64,000 bases of DNA from a virus (IMGVR_UViG_3300017903_002946:16570-80569), one strand, 5' to 3'. Counted from the first letter of the stretch, positions 10,581-20,408 are shown. Notes: generated by a model not told the origin, from the sequence alone. Numbers and translations are program-made.

Positions 10581-11084
10581 TCAACTAATTAATGCACTTT
10601 GCGTCGAAGCAGGGAGCAATCCAAGCTCAGCAAGGATGCGTCCGGTTTGGTCTTCACGAATTAACTGTTCAAGCTTCTGACGATCTTGTTCATTTAATCT
10701 TTCATAAGCTGTAAGGCCTTTGCCTCCTAAAAGCTTATCTTTGCCACGCTGTATTTGATCACCAACAGATCGACCGGCAAAGTCACCCAGAATAGAACCA
10801 CCAATATCAAGTCCTGTGCCTAATACTTGATTTTTTCCTCCAAGCCTTCCTAAACCAAGTCCACCCAACGAACCGCCTACTGCAGTTGAAGTTCCTGCAA
10901 TAAGTTTGTCTCCTATGTCTCCTGGTGTCATCGCTCCTTCTAATCCACCAAACAATATGTCAGGTAACAGACGCAGCGTAAGTTCGTCAGCTTTCATGAA
11001 TTGGTTTGTGCCAGGAACTTTAAATAAACTTTTTAATGCTTCTCCGGCAAACCTGCCGCCTTTACTTAGTAATTTAACCGACAT
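10581..11084 (-). CDS. Gly-zipper putative ejection protein
   Basis: Likely start ATG at 11084 (MSVKLLSKGGRFAGE), which minimises overlap with the upstream gene. Confidence 0.6.
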   Translation of the reverse strand: MSVKLLSKGGRFAGEALKSLFKVPGTNQFMKADELTLRLLPDILFGGLEGAMTPGDIGDKLIAGTSTAVGGSLGGLGLGRLGGKNQVLGTGLDIGGSILGDFAGRSVGDQIQRGKDKLLGGKGLTAYERLNEQDRQKLEQLIREDQTGRILAELGLLPASTQSALIS

Positions 11085-11397
11085 TATTATTATCCTCTTG
11101 ATTAATAGGTTTAACCGGCTTGCCCATATTATATCTAGCTTGATACCACTCTTGACCTTGGTTTGACTTTTCAAATGCGATCATAAAATCGTCAGTCCAC
11201 TTTTTGTTTTCAGGATCATTCATATATCGCTGCACACGAGCACGAGCTTGTATTTGTTGTTCAGGTCTATCTAAATCGCTTGCTTGTTTAATTTTGGTGG
11301 CACTGTTTATTGTGCCAGTACTTAAAGGCTTACGTTGTGCTTCTTGTTGTGTATCGCGACCCTGTTGGGTATTGCGTCTTAAATATGTAAGTTTCAT
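11074..11397 (-). CDS. Hypothetical protein
   Basis: 107 aa ORF filling the gap in the late operon. Confidence 0.55.
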   Translation of the reverse strand: MKLTYLRRNTQQGRDTQQEAQRKPLSTGTINSATKIKQASDLDRPEQQIQARARVQRYMNDPENKKWTDDFMIAFEKSNQGQEWYQARYNMGKPVKPINQEDNNNVG

Positions 11398-11399
11398 GA

Positions 11400-13439
11400 T
11401 TAGCGGCTCCGAGGGAAGGACGAACGACGAGCAATGGGCGGCAATGAACTAATGATCGTACTCATTGCATCAGCGCGACGCGCAAGGTCTTTATCAGCTC
11501 TGCGTTGAACTGCTTGAGCACCAATGATGTTTGCTTCATTACGCTTACGACGGATTGCAGCATCAGCTTTAGATTCACCTTTTTTGGCACGACTTTCACT
11601 TAAGCGTTCTAATGTTGCGCGGATTGCATCTGGATTAGTTTGTCCAGTTCGATTGTAGACAGGCTCCTGAAGCAGGGTTGCTTCCATGGGACCACGAACT
11701 GTTGATTGTGTTGGTCTGTCAGCAGGCATACCGATAAACGGTTTTTGAGCAGCAGCTCCTCCACGCTGTGCATCAAGACCAGCCATAGCAGAACGGATGT
11801 CCTGTTTGATTGGCTTACCTTTAGAGTCAGTACCAACACGGATACTGGAGCCACCGCCTTGTTGAGCGATTGGAATGCTTCCAAACCCTTCAGGCGGTGC
11901 ATTAAAGATTACGTCTTTAGTTGGTTCTCCTGTACGAGACAAGTAGGTGCCGGTAGGATTTTGGTTTACAGAAGAACGCTTAGCTGCGTCTAGCTGGAAC
12001 ATTGCATTAGCTAGCCGTTCCTCATCTCCACTAGTCATGCCTAACTTCTGCATCAGGCCGCTGACGACCTGAGTACCAGCAGGGATGTTTTTAGTTCTAC
12101 TCGTTTCGTCTGGGTTACGAATCATCAGTGTGTCGCCACGTTTTTCTAGTTCTTTTTGGATGAATTTGGCTACTGTTTCTATTTCATCAATATTTCTGAC
12201 GTTGTCTGAAATAGTAGGAGTATTAGGCAGCTCCATGCCAGCAAGAACGTTACGCACTCTGTTGGAAAAGTCAGTCGTTTCTTTGCTGATATTTGCTTGG
12301 GGATAGCGGGGAGGAGTGCTTCCGGTGTCTTGCGTCATGGCAGGGAGGTTGCTAGCTGCCCACTCCCGAGCGGTTTGGGGGTTCTGAGGCGCGTTGATCA
12401 ACTGAGCAGTGTCAGGAGTGTTGGCTCCTTGAGTTGCAAGGCTGATACCGAGCTCAGGGTCTAGAGCAATGGGCACCTTGGTTGCTGGATCGGCATATCC
12501 AACGACACGTCCAGTACCATCAACAATTTCTTCGGCTTGAGGGAACTGACTGGGAGCACCTTGACGGATAACAAGAGATTGCTCCATTGGTCCTAAAGCA
12601 CCAGCAGCTCCCATTCGTCTCATTTCGCCTATACGTCCAATTGCTTCATCAGCAAATGCACCAGCACCGCCCGTTAAGAAGGCCGTGCGAGCAATATTCT
12701 GTGCTTCAGCATCTGCACGGAATTGATTGGCTTCACGGACCTCAGGATTAAATCTTCTGCTGTCTTTGCGTGCAATTACTCTACCTATCCGTGCATCAGC
12801 GACCTTTTCATTCTGCAAATACTGCTTAAGAGCGTCCATTGCAGTAGATGTTTCGCTATCGACGCCAGATCCTCCAAAAACACGAGCAATAGATCCGCCA
12901 ACACCGCTTTTTTGTCGTGCAGCAGAGCGTTCAAGGTCCTTTAAAGCGTCAGAAATAACAGATTTGGGGGCCATTTTGACTTCTTCGCCCCGAGTTTCAT
13001 CAAAAGTCTCTCTTCGAAGCAGGCCAGTCTCCTCATCAGTCGTAAATCCACGGTCATCAGCACGATATGTCTGCTCATCGTCCTGCATTTGCCCGAATGC
13101 AGCAGCGTATTCATCATCTTCTTGGAATTTCAGCCCATCGAGCTCTGCACGGCCTACTTCATTTGTAGTAGTTTTATTGGCTTGGGCAATTTGGCGTAGA
13201 TATTGTTTGGAATCAAAGCCGTCACCTTTACGCTGTTGACGTCTTTGCTGCCGAGACACCATTGCAAGTGTTTCTTCAGGCGACATACCAAGCGTTCTAC
13301 CAGCGGCTTGGAACTCGGCAGACTTAATAAGTTCAGCATTTATGTCATGCGGAGTTTGTTGAGGATCACCACTTGCAGAAAAACGGCTTAATGCAACTTT
13401 ATTTGTATTATGCCTTGCTTGATTAGTTTCTAAGTACAC
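11400..13439 (-). CDS. Large low-complexity putative internal virion protein
   Basis: 679 aa, Ala/Gly/Gln/Arg-rich; no enzymatic motif recognised. Confidence 0.7.
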   Translation of the reverse strand: MYLETNQARHNTNKVALSRFSASGDPQQTPHDINAELIKSAEFQAAGRTLGMSPEETLAMVSRQQRRQQRKGDGFDSKQYLRQIAQANKTTTNEVGRAELDGLKFQEDDEYAAAFGQMQDDEQTYRADDRGFTTDEETGLLRRETFDETRGEEVKMAPKSVISDALKDLERSAARQKSGVGGSIARVFGGSGVDSETSTAMDALKQYLQNEKVADARIGRVIARKDSRRFNPEVREANQFRADAEAQNIARTAFLTGGAGAFADEAIGRIGEMRRMGAAGALGPMEQSLVIRQGAPSQFPQAEEIVDGTGRVVGYADPATKVPIALDPELGISLATQGANTPDTAQLINAPQNPQTAREWAASNLPAMTQDTGSTPPRYPQANISKETTDFSNRVRNVLAGMELPNTPTISDNVRNIDEIETVAKFIQKELEKRGDTLMIRNPDETSRTKNIPAGTQVVSGLMQKLGMTSGDEERLANAMFQLDAAKRSSVNQNPTGTYLSRTGEPTKDVIFNAPPEGFGSIPIAQQGGGSSIRVGTDSKGKPIKQDIRSAMAGLDAQRGGAAAQKPFIGMPADRPTQSTVRGPMEATLLQEPVYNRTGQTNPDAIRATLERLSESRAKKGESKADAAIRRKRNEANIIGAQAVQRRADKDLARRADAMSTIISSLPPIARRSSFPRSR

Positions 13440-13478
13440 TATTTCTACTGCAAAAACCTACAACTATTGTAGATAATT

Positions 13479-15011
13479 TTACTTTGTTAAATATTGGCCA
13501 GTTGCAATAAAGTTTTTCAAAAACTCTTGTGCGTTTTCAGCCTCTTCAGATTTATCTAATACTTCATTTAAAGTATTAATAGGAATTGGATTCTGTAATG
13601 TTGATCCATTTATTGATTCAACAACGCCTGGTGCATCTGGCTTGTCAAACCCTTCTGCTGTTTTATCCAGAATTTTTGGAGTTCCGTCAGTATTAAACGC
13701 TTTTTTCAAATACTCTTTTTGCGCCAAAGCGGGGTTAGCTTCAGCCCATAATTGGAGTGCTGTTTTTCCTGTATTCTTATACTCTGGTCCATCAGCATAC
13801 ATTGCTTGGATCTGATCCATATTATTAATGCCCGCATTAAACGCGGTTTTGAATTGTTCAGTTGCGTTTGGATCTAATTTTGGTCCACTGTCCGTAGGAG
13901 TAGGAGTAGGAGTAGGAGTAGGAGTAGGAGGCGCAATATTTTGTGTATTTAAAGGTATGTAAGCAGGTGCTTTAGAATCAATTGATTGAGATTGAGCTGC
14001 GTTGCCGCCTCCTGCATATTGCTTTCTTAATGCTGCTATTTCTGCTGCATGATAGCCAGTGTCATATCGTTTTCCGTTTATTTCAATGACTGTGCCTGAC
14101 GCTTTAGGTCGTTGAGATGCTGGAGATTGATTTAAGGGTTTGCCAGTTTCTGCGGATTTACCGGTTCTTGTCTCGTAATCTTGCATTGCTCGTTCATAAG
14201 CCTCTGGACTTTTATATCCCAATCGTTTCCATTTTGTTGTTCTATCTTCAGAGCCAGTCAAATTCAGCGCTAGGCCTGTCAACACTGGAGCGGCTACATA
14301 GGAGGCGGCTTCTAATCTTTCACCTAGATGGGCACCTGGGCGCACAACATTGTAGATATTTAATGCTTTTATAGTATTGCCAAGTAAGTTTTTGCCTAAA
14401 GCTTTTGCTAATGGCGGTTTAGCCTTTGGTTTAGGTGTACTTACAATTGCTGATACGTTGTTTGGCTTAGGTGTGGCTCCTGGATTGCCGTAACCACCGG
14501 GATTACCTGGCGTAGGAATACCTCCTCTTTCAATGTTTACTCTGGCTCCGCCCGGACGAGCACCACTTCCGCCTTGATATCCTGGGTTTTTTGTCAATCC
14601 CCCGCCTTTACTGGCAGGATTGCCCGTGTTTGTAGACGTCGGGGCGCTCTGTCTCACCAGATCTCCACGACTGTTAGCCCGTGCTAATGCTGAACTACGG
14701 CTAGATGAACTGGGGGGTGGAGAAGCAGAGCTAGGTGTAACCTTAGGCGTTGACTGTGAGTTTTCGCTAATCAATTTTAAGAGATTGTTTCTTGATTGAG
14801 TTATACCTTTTGAAGAGCCTTTACCTATATAGCCGTAGCCCTTTTGCAGCTCGTTACGTGCAGCATCTGTGATTAAAGCATTAGTTCGCGTTACGTCTAC
14901 CTTTCCAGATTGAAGAATGCTTTTTAGTTGCTTTAATTGACTTTCATCTAATCCAAATTTACTGTATTGCCGCATCATAGTCTCGATGCGTTCCGGGCGG
15001 AAATTTGTCAT
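13479..15011 (-). CDS. Low-complexity putative internal virion protein
   Basis: 510 aa; Ser/Pro/Gly-rich tracts, (PT)n encoded by GGAGTA repeats near 13895-13930. Confidence 0.7.
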   Translation of the reverse strand: MTNFRPERIETMMRQYSKFGLDESQLKQLKSILQSGKVDVTRTNALITDAARNELQKGYGYIGKGSSKGITQSRNNLLKLISENSQSTPKVTPSSASPPPSSSSRSSALARANSRGDLVRQSAPTSTNTGNPASKGGGLTKNPGYQGGSGARPGGARVNIERGGIPTPGNPGGYGNPGATPKPNNVSAIVSTPKPKAKPPLAKALGKNLLGNTIKALNIYNVVRPGAHLGERLEAASYVAAPVLTGLALNLTGSEDRTTKWKRLGYKSPEAYERAMQDYETRTGKSAETGKPLNQSPASQRPKASGTVIEINGKRYDTGYHAAEIAALRKQYAGGGNAAQSQSIDSKAPAYIPLNTQNIAPPTPTPTPTPTPTDSGPKLDPNATEQFKTAFNAGINNMDQIQAMYADGPEYKNTGKTALQLWAEANPALAQKEYLKKAFNTDGTPKILDKTAEGFDKPDAPGVVESINGSTLQNPIPINTLNEVLDKSEEAENAQEFLKNFIATGQYLTK

Positions 15012-15050
15012 TACGAATTTACACTTTTTCTCATTTTATCGAAACTGCAA

Positions 15051-15172
15051 AAGCTACGCTAACTACGCTGCTTTCTAATATTGTTTATTTGAAAAAGATA
15101 GAGAAGCAGGTAGCGAGTGAATTAAAAAGTAGATATATCAAAAACTAGCGTATTTTGCGTAGTTTGTAGTTT
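15051..15172. repeat. Iteron/AT-rich element copy A
   Basis: AAGCTACGCTAACTACGCT...AT-rich core...TTTGCGTAGTTTGTAG; homologous to 24171..24311 and, inverted, to 52299..52418. Confidence 0.85.
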
Positions 15173-15740
15173 GATTCCAAATCAGCAGCACATTACTGCT
15201 TGTTTATTTTGTGTTAATTAACACAAACACAGCCATATATAGTATGTACCATAAAATATCGTAGATATACCCAAATATTTTGGGATACGAGTCGTTGTTT
15301 TTAGTAAGGCACAAAAAAACGCTCTATAGGTTCCTAAAAATGCTACAAAATTTTTGACACGTCTAATCCCTGTTGTACCCGCCTACCCGGTGGAACAAAA
15401 AAAATACACTGAAGTTTTACTTGTGATTTACTTTTGTTCTAACAACAGATTCAAACTCAAGTTTCAATTCATAAGTTTACTTAAGTGTTTCCACATGTTA
15501 GTTGCTTATGTTGTAACAGTTGAGTTTCTACACAAGTTGCAATCGTCTAACTCAAGTCTTACTTTCGTTTAGATCAGATGTTGCAACGTATGTGTAATCA
15601 TTGATGTCACATGTATCTTGCGCCTACTGCATCACTGATGCGTAACGTATACGTGTAGTCATCAATCATCAATTCAATTGTAGAACACACTTCACGTCTA
15701 TCGACGTGTTTAGTTAGTTGTGTTCTTTATATATTTCACT

Positions 15741-15911
15741 ATGTTCAATCCTTATGTCACGCAGATTGCTGCTCAAACTGGCATGACTGAATACGAAGTG
15801 AACCGTGTTGCACGCAGGTCTCCAATCACATTGGAATATGCACAATCACGTGGCTTCGATTCAGTTGCTGAGTACGAGGAAGCACTGCACGAGTTTCTCA
15901 ACTCAAACTGA
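15741..15911 (+). CDS. Early hypothetical protein
   Basis: 56 aa from the ATG after hairpin 1. Confidence 0.6.
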   Translation: MFNPYVTQIAAQTGMTEYEVNRVARRSPITLEYAQSRGFDSVAEYEEALHEFLNSN

Positions 15912-15970
15912 ACACATGAGAGCCCGCCTATCGGCGGGTTTAGTTCATTGTGCTCTTATTGCATAATCAC

Positions 15971-16096
15971 ATGCGTTTGCAAGTTTTGATTCAACAGCAT
16001 CGTGCTCCTAGAACTAGGTTCACTGTGAAGATCAATGATCAGCATCGTGCTTTTAATACTTTTGCTGAAGTGAAGGATTTCCTTCTGTCTCAGTAA
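15971..16096 (+). CDS. Early small protein (41 aa)
   Basis: Hand-translated MRLQVLIQQHRAPRTRF...; flanked by hairpins. Confidence 0.5.
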   Translation: MRLQVLIQQHRAPRTRFTVKINDQHRAFNTFAEVKDFLLSQ

Positions 16097-16156
16097 TAAA
16101 CACTGGAGCCCGTCTATCGACGGGTTTCATACTCCGTGTTCTTTATATACCTTCCA

Positions 16157-16384
16157 ATGATTCCAGGTATGTGTCGTGTCTGGTTCCGTTTACGTGAACC
16201 TGACCCTTCCAATGAATGGAGCAACTGTTGGCAAGATATGCCATATGCTCCACGTAGTTACAACGATTGTGAAGACCTCGTTGATTACTACCAAAGTGAG
16301 TGGGGTAACTTATACAGCTATTGCATTCGCAGTGCTGCATGGGGTGCTTCCCCTTCACCAACTATGCCAGGTTGTCCTGGCTGA
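16157..16384 (+). CDS. Early hypothetical protein
   Basis: ORF between hairpins 3 and 4. Confidence 0.55.
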   Translation: MIPGMCRVWFRLREPDPSNEWSNCWQDMPYAPRSYNDCEDLVDYYQSEWGNLYSYCIRSAAWGASPSPTMPGCPG

Positions 16385-16447
16385 ACACACAAGGGCGTCA
16401 ATCGACGCCTTTATTTGTTTGTGTTCTTTTGATACTTAAGTATCTAC

Positions 16448-16771
16448 ATGCGTAAACTCGCTACTCTTACCAAGATGACTGCCAAAGGTCTGTCAACTTG
16501 GACATTCGCTCAGTGCGATGGTGTATATCTCGCATACGGTGGTATTACCAACCGTTGCCGAGTATTCCGCTCATACGCACAGCTTCAGGACTGCATGGTG
16601 AACTATGCATCCTATGGTTACGATTTGGAGCGTCACACGGCTAAACGCCGTTGGGACAAACCAACTCCAAAACCTGTAAAGAGTGTTGCTTCTATCCAGC
16701 AGGAACTTCCCCTGTATGAAGACACTCAAGCACCACGTCCTGCTGAGGATACTGTGGTTGCTCTCTATTGA
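16448..16771 (+). CDS. Early hypothetical protein
   Basis: 107 aa, ends VVALY. Confidence 0.65.
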   Translation: MRKLATLTKMTAKGLSTWTFAQCDGVYLAYGGITNRCRVFRSYAQLQDCMVNYASYGYDLERHTAKRRWDKPTPKPVKSVASIQQELPLYEDTQAPRPAEDTVVALY

Positions 16772-16851
16772 ACATCTTGCGATACGGCGCTTATCAGCGC
16801 CTTTCTCGCTTTTTGCCCGATTAGGGCTTATTCATTTATTCGTAATTACTT

Positions 16852-17100
16852 ATGCGTTTCAAAGTCCCTGGTCAAGATATCAACGTTCGCCTCTTCGAGC
16901 GCGTTGAGACTGTTGACAATCAGTACGACATCTTTGATGTTGGCATTGAACAAGCAGATGGTTCTATCGACAGCATGGTTGTCGGTGGTTCCTTCTCTTA
17001 TGCCAAGTCCCTTGTCAAAGCTATGGACACTAAGGCTGAAGAAGCTAAGGCTGCAAAAGCAGCTGAAGCTAATGAGCCTGAACTATCTGCAGTTGCTTGA
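16852..17100 (+). CDS. Early hypothetical protein
   Basis: 82 aa; codon style typical of highly expressed genes. Confidence 0.65.
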   Translation: MRFKVPGQDINVRLFERVETVDNQYDIFDVGIEQADGSIDSMVVGGSFSYAKSLVKAMDTKAEEAKAAKAAEANEPELSAVA

Positions 17101-17138
17101 CGCCTATGCGCCCTATCGGGCGCTTTATTTTTCGTTTT

Positions 17139-17576
17139 CTATCTATAGAATGCAGGAACGTTTCCTGGCTTTACTCCTTCGAAAAAGTTAGGAAACTTAG
17201 CCTTACTGGCTTCCATGTTATAACCAGCGGGAGCTGGAATACCTCCTTGAACAGGTGGCATCATCCCACGTATTTGATTTTGTTCTACTTCATGAGTCAT
17301 TCCATAGTCTCGTCTGGGATCGCCAGGAGCCAATTCATTTCCGTAAAGTCCAATAGGCTGGATCGTTGCATCATCTGCAACTCCAGGAATATCCATTTGA
17401 ACCCTACGGTTCAAACCCTGTTTAGGACCTTCAAGTATTGGCATAAGAACATTGGCAGCAAGTTCTGGACCTTCAAGTATTGGCATACGAACATTGGCAC
17501 CAAGTTCTGGACCTTGTCCACTTGTTCCTAAGTTATTGGCCATGTATGCCTGAAGGAAGTCGTTTGCTTGCATCAT
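17139..17576 (-). CDS. Antisense-oriented late-type hypothetical protein with 14-aa tandem repeat
   Basis: GPELGANVRMPILE/GPELAANVLMPILE; upstream AGATACAAT motif. Confidence 0.6.
   Translation of the reverse strand: MMQANDFLQAYMANNLGTSGQGPELGANVRMPILEGPELAANVLMPILEGPKQGLNRRVQMDIPGVADDATIQPIGLYGNELAPGDPRRDYGMTHEVEQNQIRGMMPPVQGGIPAPAGYNMEASKAKFPNFFEGVKPGNVPAFYR
17425..17515. repeat. 42-bp tandem repeat (2 full copies plus a partial)
   Basis: GGACCTT recurs at 17425, 17467 and 17509. Confidence 0.9.
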
Positions 17577-17605
17577 TCTATATCGCAATATTTATATTGT
17601 ATCTA

Positions 17606-17986
17606 TCACCTAAGTAAGATCTGTCCAGGCTCTTGTTGATCTGCTGGACCACCAAAGCTTGCGGCTAGATCTATTAGTCCTTTACCTGCGAGGGTTACAC
17701 CTGCTGCGGGAAGGACGTACTTAGGCACAGCATTAGCTGCAGGAAGTGCATACTCCATAGCATTCCGTGCTCCCCTCTGCATCTTTGTCTCAGGACCATA
17801 AACAAGATGCTCTACTTCACCTTTACGTAAGGACGGGTGTCCGCCTCCTGCTATTACAGCAGCAGTTCTTACAGCTGGATTACTACCCTCGTACATTTTG
17901 TTGATACGAGCGGTGTACGCATCGTCTACTCCACGAGCTCTTTCAAGTAATCCGCTTAAGAATTCACCGGCCTTACGTTTATCCAT
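17606..17986 (-). CDS. Antisense-oriented late-type hypothetical protein
   Basis: 126 aa, starts MDKRKAGE; upstream TACAAT motif. Confidence 0.65.
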   Translation of the reverse strand: MDKRKAGEFLSGLLERARGVDDAYTARINKMYEGSNPAVRTAAVIAGGGHPSLRKGEVEHLVYGPETKMQRGARNAMEYALPAANAVPKYVLPAAGVTLAGKGLIDLAASFGGPADQQEPGQILLR

Positions 17987-18160
17987 AACTTACATTGTTT
18001 CTTTAACCACATTGTATCTACAATGGCGGGTTAAGAACTGGTAAAATTGAATTGATGCTATATACCTTTTATGGCAAATACCTACGTCATCTTTTTATCT
18101 ATGTGGGCTATAGCCTCACTTGGATTGTTATTCAAAGTATTGTATTTCTAACATAAACTT

Positions 18161-18313
18161 ATGACTAAAGCTCATAAATATACTCAACTGTTGCGAAAAG
18201 CTCAACTTGCGACTACTAGAGAAGATGCTATCAAGATACTCGAAAAAGCTTGTAAATTAGAGCTTATTGAGAACGAATATCAATTAAATGCATTTCAGAT
18301 AGCTTGTAAATAA
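18161..18313 (+). CDS. Small hypothetical protein (50 aa)
   Basis: Hand-translated MTKAHKYTQLLRKAQ... Confidence 0.5.
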   Translation: MTKAHKYTQLLRKAQLATTREDAIKILEKACKLELIENEYQLNAFQIACK

Positions 18314-18405
18314 TCGGCATTTACTACTACATTTACCGTATATACCGATTGCTCTATTAGATACTTACTTAGTAAATTAATAGGGCCGGTATATATAAAC
18401 GAGCA

Positions 18406-18639
18406 ATGAGCTTTTTAAATTTGTACGACATTCAATCCTCATTTGATCCTTGGATTAGATATCAACGTCCATCTGTATATGTCATCTCTGACTCTCAATT
18501 GGCCGCTTATAAACGTGAACAAACACAGTCAGAAATTAACGAACTGAACAAGTTAATTGATAGCCATAAAGCTTCAATTGAACGATTGGAAGCACATGTT
18601 TCTGATTTGCAGAAACAACTTGAGCCAACTAAAGATTAA
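18406..18639 (+). CDS. Coiled-coil small protein
   Basis: 77 aa, VYVISDSQL followed by heptads. Confidence 0.65.
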   Translation: MSFLNLYDIQSSFDPWIRYQRPSVYVISDSQLAAYKREQTQSEINELNKLIDSHKASIERLEAHVSDLQKQLEPTKD

Positions 18640-18695
18640 AGCAATGCCGCATAACTGCGGCTTTCTGAATATTTGAATTAATTCAGAAATCACAC

Positions 18696-18821
18696 ATGAT
18701 TGTCTTTGATCAACAAACTATCATTCTGGCTATCATCGGAATGATTGGTTTGCTTTCTACAGCCATCGTTTTATCTACTGCATTCAAGCGTAACCGTACT
18801 GGTTCCGGTAAATGGCAATAA
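18696..18821 (+). CDS. Single-TM small protein (41 aa)
   Basis: MIVFDQQTIILAIIGMIGLLSTAIVLSTAFKR... Confidence 0.5.
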   Translation: MIVFDQQTIILAIIGMIGLLSTAIVLSTAFKRNRTGSGKWQ

Positions 18822-18934
18822 CACCTAACTGGCAAAAGCACAGCAAGAAAGAGGTTAAGTGCAAACTTAAACCTCAAGCTTTGCGTGCACGTAAGGCTGC
18901 ATTGAAAGCATTTAAACGAAAGTATGCCGCTTAA
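18812..18934 (+). CDS. Small basic protein (40 aa)
   Basis: MAITPNWQKHSKKE...KPQALRARK; the stop codon sits in a hairpin loop. Confidence 0.55.
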   Translation: MAITPNWQKHSKKEVKCKLKPQALRARKAALKAFKRKYAA

Positions 18935-18971
18935 CAGCGGCTTTTTTTGTATTGTCCTTTGACTAATAGTC

Positions 18972-19214
18972 ATGACTTTAATTTCCACCAAAGACATTCT
19001 TGCTGAGATGCCTTTGCCAAAAGCTATCGAAAAGAACGTGGATAGCGACTTTAAGTCTTTTCCTCCTGTTGATGACACTATTGTCTGGATCAAGCAGGTG
19101 GATTGGAATGAAGTTGGTATGCGCTGCAAAGGTGGCCTCAATAATGTGGGGCTTGTCCTTGCTGTGACTGGTGAAAAACTCTATGACTTTGGTTGTTGGT
19201 TAGCCAAAGTTTGA
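18972..19214 (+). CDS. Hypothetical protein
   Basis: 80 aa ORF between hairpins. Confidence 0.6.
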   Translation: MTLISTKDILAEMPLPKAIEKNVDSDFKSFPPVDDTIVWIKQVDWNEVGMRCKGGLNNVGLVLAVTGEKLYDFGCWLAKV

Positions 19215-19266
19215 AACTTTAGGCGCTTAACAGCGCCTTTTCTTTCTTGTACTCTTTGAAGATTAC

Positions 19267-19785
19267 ATGAAAGGTATAGCTCAATCCCACTTTGTCGGTA
19301 TTCAGCGTGTACAACCGCACAAGTCGCGGATTGTGCATGCGTTTGACTTGGACGACACTATTACTCAAAAGCCTGATGGCTTTGATAACCGTGGTATGTC
19401 CAAAAATGATTTCTTTGATGCATCCAGAGCATTCGGTCCTGATGACCGCATTGTGGATTTATTACGGATGATGCATCAATGGGGTGATTCAATTGCCATC
19501 TGTACGGCTCGTCCGTCCGATAGGCTTACTGAATCCTACAACTGGCTTCGCAAGTGGAACATCCCATTTGATGTCATCCTTGTGTCTACTGGCGTAGATA
19601 GCAGCGGTAATACAAAGCAGCACATGCTGAAGTATCTCCGCAAAAGCTATCGGATGGTGGGTACTCTCATTGATGACAGTCCCTACAACATAGAAGGCGC
19701 TCGCCTACAACGGATTAAACGCATCCATGTACTCAAGAACTGCGAGTACTGGGATGCACATCCAGAAGTGGTGGTCAAGGTTTGA
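19267..19785 (+). CDS. HAD-family phosphatase (PseT 3'-phosphatase-like)
   Basis: Motif I FDLDDT, motif II ICTAR, motif IV IDDSPYN. Confidence 0.8.
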   Translation: MKGIAQSHFVGIQRVQPHKSRIVHAFDLDDTITQKPDGFDNRGMSKNDFFDASRAFGPDDRIVDLLRMMHQWGDSIAICTARPSDRLTESYNWLRKWNIPFDVILVSTGVDSSGNTKQHMLKYLRKSYRMVGTLIDDSPYNIEGARLQRIKRIHVLKNCEYWDAHPEVVVKV

Positions 19786-19910
19786 TGAAGCTACTTCTCT
19801 ATATATTCCTTGCTCTCTACTTCAATGCAGATGCAAGATCTATCGGCTTATGCCTTCTACCACCTTTGTCTAGTACAGAGACAACTGATATTTGCTTTGA
19901 TGAGCAATAG
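19785..19910 (+). CDS. Small exported/membrane peptide (41 aa)
   Basis: ATG overlaps the upstream TGA; hydrophobic N-terminus. Confidence 0.35.
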   Translation: MKLLLYIFLALYFNADARSIGLCLLPPLSSTETTDICFDEQ

Positions 19911-19956
19911 CCGCCGATTGGCGGCTTTAGTTTCTTGTGTCCAGTACATGATCACA

Positions 19957-20079
19957 ATGACAGACCTTCAAGTACGTGCAGCAAAGCGCACTCGCGAAGA
20001 GTATCTCCGTCAAACCAAAGAGATGATGAGAGATCTTCTTTACCTTCGTAAAGCAGGTAAAACAGCCGTGATTGGTTGA
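19957..20079 (+). CDS. Small hypothetical protein (40 aa)
   Basis: MTDLQVRAAKR...; between hairpins. Confidence 0.5.
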   Translation: MTDLQVRAAKRTREEYLRQTKEMMRDLLYLRKAGKTAVIG

Positions 20080-20139
20080 AAACACACAAGGGCGCTTAAC
20101 TGCGCCTTTCTTTTTTAATGTTCTTTTTCTGAATGCTTA

Positions 20140-20349
20140 ATGGCAATCACCTATGACTTCCAGATTGTTGCTAGCAACATTCCAGGACTTAAGAAGGTGG
20201 TTCCTCAGAACGAAGATGCGTTCTGCTATCTCGTAGATGAAACCGAATACACCATCTTCTCAGATGGTTCTACCGCTCTATTTAACGAGCGTATTGATGA
20301 CTTCATCTCCGATGCAGGCCACGCACATATGTGCTGCAATATCGCTTGA
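20140..20349 (+). CDS. Hypothetical protein
   Basis: 69 aa ORF between hairpins. Confidence 0.6.
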   Translation: MAITYDFQIVASNIPGLKKVVPQNEDAFCYLVDETEYTIFSDGSTALFNERIDDFISDAGHAHMCCNIA

Positions 20350-20408
20350 GTTAACCACTTTTCCCGCTTAGCAGCGGGTTTCGTTCTTTTTGTAAATTCG
20401 AGATCTAT

